NCBI RefSeq assembly: GCF_000020385.1
Contig: NC_010814.1
Location: 2,250,001-2,282,000 of the forward strand
DNA: 32,000 nt
Direction of reading: 5' to 3'
From: Trichlorobacter lovleyi SZ
GTDB taxonomy: Bacteria; Desulfobacterota; Desulfuromonadia; Geobacterales; Pseudopelobacteraceae
Part shown: one piece after another, positions 28,101 through 32,000 of the stretch
Layout of the letters: each line of letters begins with the position of its first letter
Position numbering within the stretch: the first letter of the stretch is position 1
Made by a program: the position numbers and the translations under genes
Notes under the pieces: generated by a model
Told to the model about the DNA's origin: nothing
The model's database searches: none
Seen by the model: only the letters and a program-made list of their open reading frames with translations

Positions 28101-28708
28101 TCTATCAGGCCAACGGAGATGGCAATGACCTGATCCTGTTTAATCAGGATGGCAGCGAGGCAACCCGCTTTACCCTACCCCGCCAGAAGAGCGGTGAACA
28201 GCTCTGTGTGGCAGACTTTGTCCGTCCGCTGTCAGGTACCGAGAAGGACACCATGGCCCTGTTTGCGGTCACCTGCGGTCAGGGTGTACGGGAACTGTCT
28301 GAGCAGTGGAAGGCTGAAGGGGATTACCTCAACTCCCACCTGCTGCAGGCTCTGGCCCTTGAAATGGCCGAGGCCACCGCAGAATACCTGCACAAACGGA
28401 TCCGCACCTCCTGGGGGATTGTAGATGATCAGACCCTGACCATGAAGCAGCTCTTTAATGCCGAGTACCAGGGAATCCGGGTTTCCTTTGGTTATCCGGC
28501 CTGCCCCAATCTGGATGACCAGAAAAAGCTGTTCAGCCTGCTGAAGCCGGAGCAGATCGGTATTAACCTGACTGAAGGGGACATGATGGACCCCGAGGCC
28601 TCGGTCTCGGCGCTGGTGTTTCATCACCCGGAGGGGAAATATTTTGACCTGATTAGCGCCAATCTTCCGCTTGGCGAAGTTTTGCTTCCGGCAGCTTCTT
28701 TGTTTTGA
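25199..28708 (+). CDS. metH: Cobalamin-dependent methionine synthase MetH; the last 20 codons are IS-derived
   Basis: The Hcy-binding domain has the zinc Cys motifs GLNCATGP and GGCCGTSP. The pterin-binding domain is present. The B12-binding motif is GDVHDIGKN. The AdoMet activation domain is present. From 28648 the reading frame runs into the IS left end (...KYFD|LISANLPLGEVLLPAASLF*). Confidence 0.95.
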   Translation: MTNNPVLQALSQCILILDGAMGTQLQARNLTAADFGGEAYEGCNEMLVLTRPDVIEDVHKAYLEAGADIVETCSFGSTDIVLAEYGLADKVFELNKAAALVARKACDAYSTPDKPRFVAGSMGPTTRTISVTGGVTFEQLVTAFRDQTIGLLAGGVDLLLLETAQDTLNLKAGAEGIRLAFEQTGQRVPLMVSGTIEPTGTMLAGQNVEALYASLTHLEENLGLISIGLNCATGPEFMTDHLRALSELATCHISVYPNAGLPDENGNYAESPDSLAQKLSRFVDEGWLNIIGGCCGTSPAHIAAIANMAAGRQPRKPVTIRRRLVSGIEPLFIEEDNRPILVGERTNVIGSRKFKNMIVAGQFEEAAEIARAQVKTGAQVIDICVANPDRDELADMEQMLVYLPKKVRAPIMIDSTDAKVTELALQRLQGKCVINSINLEDGEERFAKVAPLLRHYGGAVVVGCIDEDPANGMAVTRQRKLEVAQRSYDLLVNKYGLRPEDLIFDPLVFPVGSGDDNYIGSAVETIEGVRLITETFPQCSTILGISNVSFGLPAAGREVLNAVFLYHCVKAGLGYAIVNTEKLERYASIPEAERRLAEDLIFWRGADPVAAFAAAFRDKKPVSHAPAAELPLDERLPLYIIEGSKDGLTADLDAALTRGDKPLEIINGPLMAGMAEVGRLFNDNQLIVAEVLQSAEAMKAAVSHLEPHLSKDETSSKGKMLLATVKGDVHDIGKNLVEIILSNNGFEVINLGIKVGPEELIAAAKKENPDFIGLSGLLVKSALQMIVTAADLKAAGIDAPLLVGGAALSRAFADTRITPEYNGPVLYAKDAMAGLELANQLVDPALRQQLMLDLARQQEASAKIAAAKAAGQSTVATGSTHSAISSNAPILVAPDLEQHILRDIPVGQIIPYLNRQMLYTKHLGLTGSVDKLLAGQDEKATKLHLTVEAMLERVLQEGLIKPQAIYRFYQANGDGNDLILFNQDGSEATRFTLPRQKSGEQLCVADFVRPLSGTEKDTMALFAVTCGQGVRELSEQWKAEGDYLNSHLLQALALEMAEATAEYLHKRIRTSWGIVDDQTLTMKQLFNAEYQGIRVSFGYPACPNLDDQKKLFSLLKPEQIGINLTEGDMMDPEASVSALVFHHPEGKYFDLISANLPLGEVLLPAASLF
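28640..28647. repeat. Left copy of the 8-bp target-site duplication TATTTTGA
   Basis: An identical octamer is found at 29709-29716, immediately outside the other IS end. Confidence 0.9.
28648..28670. repeat. IS left terminal inverted repeat CCTGATTAGCGCCAATCTTCCGC
   Basis: It is the exact reverse complement of 29686-29708. Confidence 0.92.
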
Positions 28709-29612
28709 CCGCTGCCGCCACGAGTCGCTTTAGCATGCCAGCCAGATCAAAGCGGCGGTTGAAACGATATTGAAACTCGCCAAGGTAGCGATAGGCATAT
28801 TTCTCAAAGTCAAAGGCATGGTAGGTGCCAGTTATAGAGTTTTTCAGATTGCCGAGAACCGTATTGATCCAGCTGAAGCATTTCATGCTGGTACTTTTTC
28901 TGTCTTTACCAACGACCTCACGCTGATGAACACATCCGGCAGCCTCAACTGCCTGGAAACACCAGAGGCCATCGGATACGATTAAAGCTGATGGTGCAAG
29001 GAAACTTTTGGCCCATATTTCGACTTCTTCCTTGCAGAAGCTCTTTACCGTACTGAATACCGCATAGAGTGGATGGCCTTGGTTGTTGGTCTGTACAGCA
29101 GCAATAAACGGCACCTTGTTTTCAGAGCCGCGGCCAACCTTGCCACCGGGTAGTTCACCGCCGAGGTAGGCATCATCTACCTCAACGCGGTCTGATAATA
29201 CGGTTGTTTGCTCACGTTCAAACATGGCCTGCATTATTTTGTGCTTGATGCGCCAGGCAGCACGATAGCTGATACCAGCCAGACGTCGGAGTTCCAGGAT
29301 CGATACATTATTCTTGCTCTGTGTCAGAAAGAACATGGCCTGGAACCAGATCGTCAGCGGTAACTTTGTTGAGTGAAAGAGCGTCCCCTCAGTAAGGGTA
29401 GTCTGGGTTCTACAGGAACTGCACTGGAACACCTTGACTGAAACACCACGCCGATAGGTGAAGTGGTGAGTATTACCACATTTGGAACAGGTAAAACCGC
29501 CGGGCCAACGGGCTGACTCTACAACCGTCTCACATTGTTCCTGAGAGCCGTACAACTCAAGGAACTTGTTCAGACTAAGTCCTGGCTGAAACTGTATCAG
29601 ATTCATTTTCAT
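28653..29612 (-). CDS. IS1595-family transposase
   Basis: The product begins MKMNLIQFQPGLSLNKFLELYGSQEQC. It has a zinc ribbon (CSKCGN...CSSCRT) and acidic motifs VEVDDAYLGG and LIVSDGLW. ATG 29612 is preceded by GGAGG with an 8-nt spacer; the track start at 29651 is less likely. The stop lies inside the left IR. Confidence 0.88.
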   Translation of the reverse strand: MKMNLIQFQPGLSLNKFLELYGSQEQCETVVESARWPGGFTCSKCGNTHHFTYRRGVSVKVFQCSSCRTQTTLTEGTLFHSTKLPLTIWFQAMFFLTQSKNNVSILELRRLAGISYRAAWRIKHKIMQAMFEREQTTVLSDRVEVDDAYLGGELPGGKVGRGSENKVPFIAAVQTNNQGHPLYAVFSTVKSFCKEEVEIWAKSFLAPSALIVSDGLWCFQAVEAAGCVHQREVVGKDRKSTSMKCFSWINTVLGNLKNSITGTYHAFDFEKYAYRYLGEFQYRFNRRFDLAGMLKRLVAAAVKTKKLPEAKLRQAEDWR

Positions 29613-29685
29613 GGCAACCACCTCCGCATAAGTTGCCATGAATCTTAACATGCTGTAGTGACCAAATATGTCGTTTTGCCAATCT

Positions 29686-29708
29686 GCGGAAGATTGGCGC
29701 TAATCAGG
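29686..29708. repeat. IS right terminal inverted repeat GCGGAAGATTGGCGCTAATCAGG
   Basis: It is the exact reverse complement of 28648-28670. It overlaps a local hairpin: GCCAATCT (29678-29685), loop GCGGA, AGATTGGC (29691-29698). Confidence 0.92.
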
Positions 29709-29729
29709 TATTTTGATGTGGGGCGGTAA
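29709..29729 (+). other. Right copy of the target duplication plus the displaced native 3' end of metH (tat ttt gat gtg ggg cgg TAA = YFDVGR*)
   Basis: Deleting 28648-29716 in silico joins ...AAA TAT TTT GA to T GTG GGG CGG TAA in frame. This restores a MetH that ends ...HHPEGKYFDVGR*. Confidence 0.85.
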
Positions 29730-29752
29730 CAGATGATTACCAACTAACTAAC

Positions 29753-32000
29753 ATGCCGCAAGAACAAGTAAAACATACCGCCACAACCTCCGTTGGGTTT
29801 GACTACCAAACTCTACAAGGCGTCTACTTGTTGTCAGAGTGGCTGTCTTCTCCAGCCCGATACAAACGTGTGATGTTTGAAGCTGCGGAAGAGGCGCCAC
29901 AAAGTCTTGATGACATAGTAGCAGAGCGGGCTGATGGGCGTTTTGATTATTGGCAGGTAAAATACACGCCTAACTCCGAGAATAATGCCTTAACTTGGGA
30001 CTGGCTTCTTAATGTAACCGGCAAAACGGATCGATCTCGATGCAATTTAAAAAAATGGCTTGATGCGCTGCAAAAAATCGATACTGATAAACTCGGAACC
30101 ATTCAGCTTATCACCAACAAAGTTCCTGATCGCGATATTGAGGCATGCCTAGGCGGTGGAAGGCATCTGGATTTATCCAAAGCGCCCGAAAGCATCCAAA
30201 GTCATGTAGAGGCAACACTTGGTAGCCGGGAAAATGCCGAGTGGTTGTTCTCCCTGTTGCAAGTTGTGCACAGTGACAAGGGTTACTTGAATCTTGAAAA
30301 TGTGATTTATGATTCACTGCAGCGTTTTACAGACCGTGACGGCATCGACCGCTTATTGATTCAGGCCAGCAAATGGACATCCTTCAAGGATATGCCCCCC
30401 CCTGATGGATGGATCACTCTTGACGTTCTTAACAGCATCATTTCTACCAAACGTCCTCGTCCAATCCCTGAAGACTTTGCAATTCCTGAAGGCTACGAAG
30501 TTCCCGACGAAGAGTTTCACTCAGGTTTTGTTGCTGAAATCGAATCTGGAATAAAATCAATTCTTGTTCTGACCGGTCCGCCTGGCCGCGGCAAAAGCAC
30601 ATACCTCAGCTATCTCTGCGAAACCTTGGAACAACACGGCATCCCCAATGTTCGTCACCACTACTTTCTTTCTCTGGTAGATAGAACCGATGACAGGCTT
30701 TCTCCTTACGTCGTCAAAGATTCGCTCCTGCGCCAAATTGAGCTTTTTCATGCACAAGCTCATGTGGGAATCAAAAGCAATGTAGATTTATTTGAAGCTT
30801 TGAGTAGATGCGCGGCTTATTACAAAGCACATAAGAAGCCATTTGTTGTTGTCATAGATGGGTTAGATCATGTCTGGCGTGATAATGCTGGAGATAAACG
30901 CCCACTGGACGATCTCTTCAAGCAGCTCATACCAGCTCCCGATAACCTCGTACTCATTATTGGCACCCAACCAGTTACAGATTCTCGGCTTCCCGACAGA
31001 TTGCTGGTCCACGCTCCCCGACACGATTGGAAATTGCTCCCAGTCATGTCCGAAGTCTCGGTAATGCGTTACCTACAGGCTCAACTATCTTGTGGGCGGT
31101 TGTTCATGCAACACGGCACTCATGCGGCTGAAGAACTGGCAAAAAGTGCTCGCCTGATGCGCCAATTAACCGGAGGGCATCCACTGCATGTCATCTACGC
31201 GACCGGGCACCTTGTGAATAGTGGTGAAGGGCTTTCAACATGGAGTGTTGAGCATATTCCGGGAGATTTGAGCAGTGATGCCGAGACGTACTATCGATCC
31301 TTGTGGTTTGGGCTTTCCTATGTCCAAAAAGATATTCTGATACTGTTGGCAGAGTTCAGGTTTTATTGGCCAAGAAGGGCTTTTATAAGCTCCATGCTTC
31401 TGCCGGAAAATTGCAGCGAAGCTAACGTACATACCATTGAACACCTTCTTCATAGCTCCGTCATTGGGCTTCAACCGTTTCATGAAAGTCTTATCGTATT
31501 CATAAAGAACACCGCTGAATACACGGCCCGCGTCCAGATACTGCTTCCAGGCGTATTGCAATGGCTGGATTTTGAAGCTCCAGATCGTTTGAAAAATACA
31601 TGGTTGTGGATTGTTCAAGCGCGAACCGGAATCCCCGACCCTCTGATTGCCGGGCTCACTCGCGATTGGGTTCTCGACCGCTTGGCGGCTGGCTATCCTA
31701 TTGATGTGATTGCAGATATACTCACGGAAGCTGAAGAATCAGCATTCGACTTGCGGCGTTACGCTGATGCATATCGCTTGCGCCATCTGAAAACAAGAAT
31801 CCTGAATGGGCCGGAATTTCAGATCCCTGATGCAACCCGTTTAAAAATCTGCTCGTGGAAATGCGCGGATGATGGCTCTGTGCTTGATGAGGCTTTTGCG
31901 TCGCGTGAGGGCCTTTCGATTGTTGATGAAGCTGCACTTGGTCAAGCTTTGCAGTGGAAACAGCTTGATCAGGAAGCAAACGTTTGTGGAAAGGATGCAC
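29753..32000 (+). CDS. Large 3'-truncated ORF: Cap4/DUF4297-like PD-(D/E)xK nuclease N-terminal domain plus STAND-type P-loop NTPase plus helical C-terminal region (candidate Avs-like defence protein)
   Basis: I translated it by hand codon by codon. ATG 29753 follows an in-frame TGA at 29714-29716, and there is no stop through base 32000 (749 codons). Motifs: GFDYQ (aa 15-19), FEAAEE (42-47), DDIV (53-56), QVK (68-70), Walker A GPPGRGKST (275-283; 30575-30601), Walker B VVVIDGLDH (365-373), GGHPLHV (474-480). The ORF is missing from the track because it has no stop in the window. Confidence 0.8.
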   Translation, partial: MPQEQVKHTATTSVGFDYQTLQGVYLLSEWLSSPARYKRVMFEAAEEAPQSLDDIVAERADGRFDYWQVKYTPNSENNALTWDWLLNVTGKTDRSRCNLKKWLDALQKIDTDKLGTIQLITNKVPDRDIEACLGGGRHLDLSKAPESIQSHVEATLGSRENAEWLFSLLQVVHSDKGYLNLENVIYDSLQRFTDRDGIDRLLIQASKWTSFKDMPPPDGWITLDVLNSIISTKRPRPIPEDFAIPEGYEVPDEEFHSGFVAEIESGIKSILVLTGPPGRGKSTYLSYLCETLEQHGIPNVRHHYFLSLVDRTDDRLSPYVVKDSLLRQIELFHAQAHVGIKSNVDLFEALSRCAAYYKAHKKPFVVVIDGLDHVWRDNAGDKRPLDDLFKQLIPAPDNLVLIIGTQPVTDSRLPDRLLVHAPRHDWKLLPVMSEVSVMRYLQAQLSCGRLFMQHGTHAAEELAKSARLMRQLTGGHPLHVIYATGHLVNSGEGLSTWSVEHIPGDLSSDAETYYRSLWFGLSYVQKDILILLAEFRFYWPRRAFISSMLLPENCSEANVHTIEHLLHSSVIGLQPFHESLIVFIKNTAEYTARVQILLPGVLQWLDFEAPDRLKNTWLWIVQARTGIPDPLIAGLTRDWVLDRLAAGYPIDVIADILTEAEESAFDLRRYADAYRLRHLKTRILNGPEFQIPDATRLKICSWKCADDGSVLDEAFASREGLSIVDEAALGQALQWKQLDQEANVCGKDA

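Larger units (their letters stand above)
28648..29708 (-). mobile_element. IS1595-family insertion sequence (1061 bp)
   Basis: It has perfect 23-bp terminal inverted repeats, a flanking 8-bp direct repeat, and a single transposase ORF with an N-terminal zinc ribbon and DDE-type core. Its size and 8-bp duplication fit IS1595-family elements. Confidence 0.9.

Noticed and set aside
25199-28708. metH as an IS-disrupted pseudogene.
   Set aside because: The insertion lies only four codons before the native stop. All catalytic, B12-binding and reactivation-domain motifs remain in a single intact frame, so the gene is better described as C-terminally remodelled than as inactivated.
30111-32000. Short track ORFs in the right-hand end: 30111-30317(-), 30557-30763(-), 30870-31064(+), 31235-31618(-) and 31722-32000(-).
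   Set aside because: All lie inside the uninterrupted 749-codon plus-strand frame that starts at 29753. That frame carries Walker A and B and nuclease motifs. The short ORFs have no motifs and are antisense or out-of-frame by-products.
1-32000. CRISPR arrays, tRNA or rRNA genes, integrase or att-site signatures of a larger genomic island or prophage.
   Set aside because: I found no regularly spaced direct repeats, no cloverleaf-compatible intergenic segment (the intergenic regions are nearly all 40 nt or shorter) and no integrase-like ORF in the window. The island boundary beyond 32000 cannot be assessed.

Overview
The window looks like a chromosomal segment from a Desulfuromonadales/Geobacter-like deltaproteobacterium; this is inferred from gene content and order and is not verified. 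No rRNA, tRNA or CRISPR array was seen.

**Minus-strand array (23305 down to 154).** Twenty-one co-directional genes are packed tightly, often with overlapping stop and start codons:
- miaB, glnS, era and der.
- A nine-gene chemosensory cluster with no receptor (MCP) gene: PATAN/DUF4388-REC, cheY, cheA, an ExeA/MshM-like AAA+ ATPase, a long cheW paralog, cheW, a 668-aa HEAT-repeat protein, cheR and cheB.
- leuS and lptE.
- A siaA-siaB-siaC-siaD type c-di-GMP partner-switch module.
- holA.

**Plus-strand right third.** This part is partly accessory and more AT-rich: metF, a vapBC toxin-antitoxin pair, metH, an IS element, and a large ORF that the ORF track does not list.
- The IS belongs to the IS1595 family. 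It has perfect 23-bp inverted repeats and an 8-bp target duplication, and it sits four codons before the native metH stop.
- The unlisted ORF starts at ATG 29753 and is open for at least 749 codons, to the last base of the window; with no stop codon it never appears in the track. My translation shows a Cap4/DUF4297-like PD-(D/E)xK nuclease N-terminus fused to a STAND-type P-loop NTPase. This is the architecture of Avs/AVAST-like antiphage sensors.

**Most interesting items.**
- The unlisted nuclease-STAND gene and its IS/TA neighbourhood.
- The receptor-less chemosensory operon with its AAA+ and HEAT components.
- The sia module wedged into the conserved leuS-lptE-holA unit.
- A Cys/His-rich module inside the SiaD-like cyclase.
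- A 145-nt structured era-der spacer whose 16-bp perfect stem pairs the der Shine-Dalgarno with the sequence that begins at the era stop codon.

Several ORF-track starts use alternative codons (TTG or GTG). I re-set them to better-supported internal starts.
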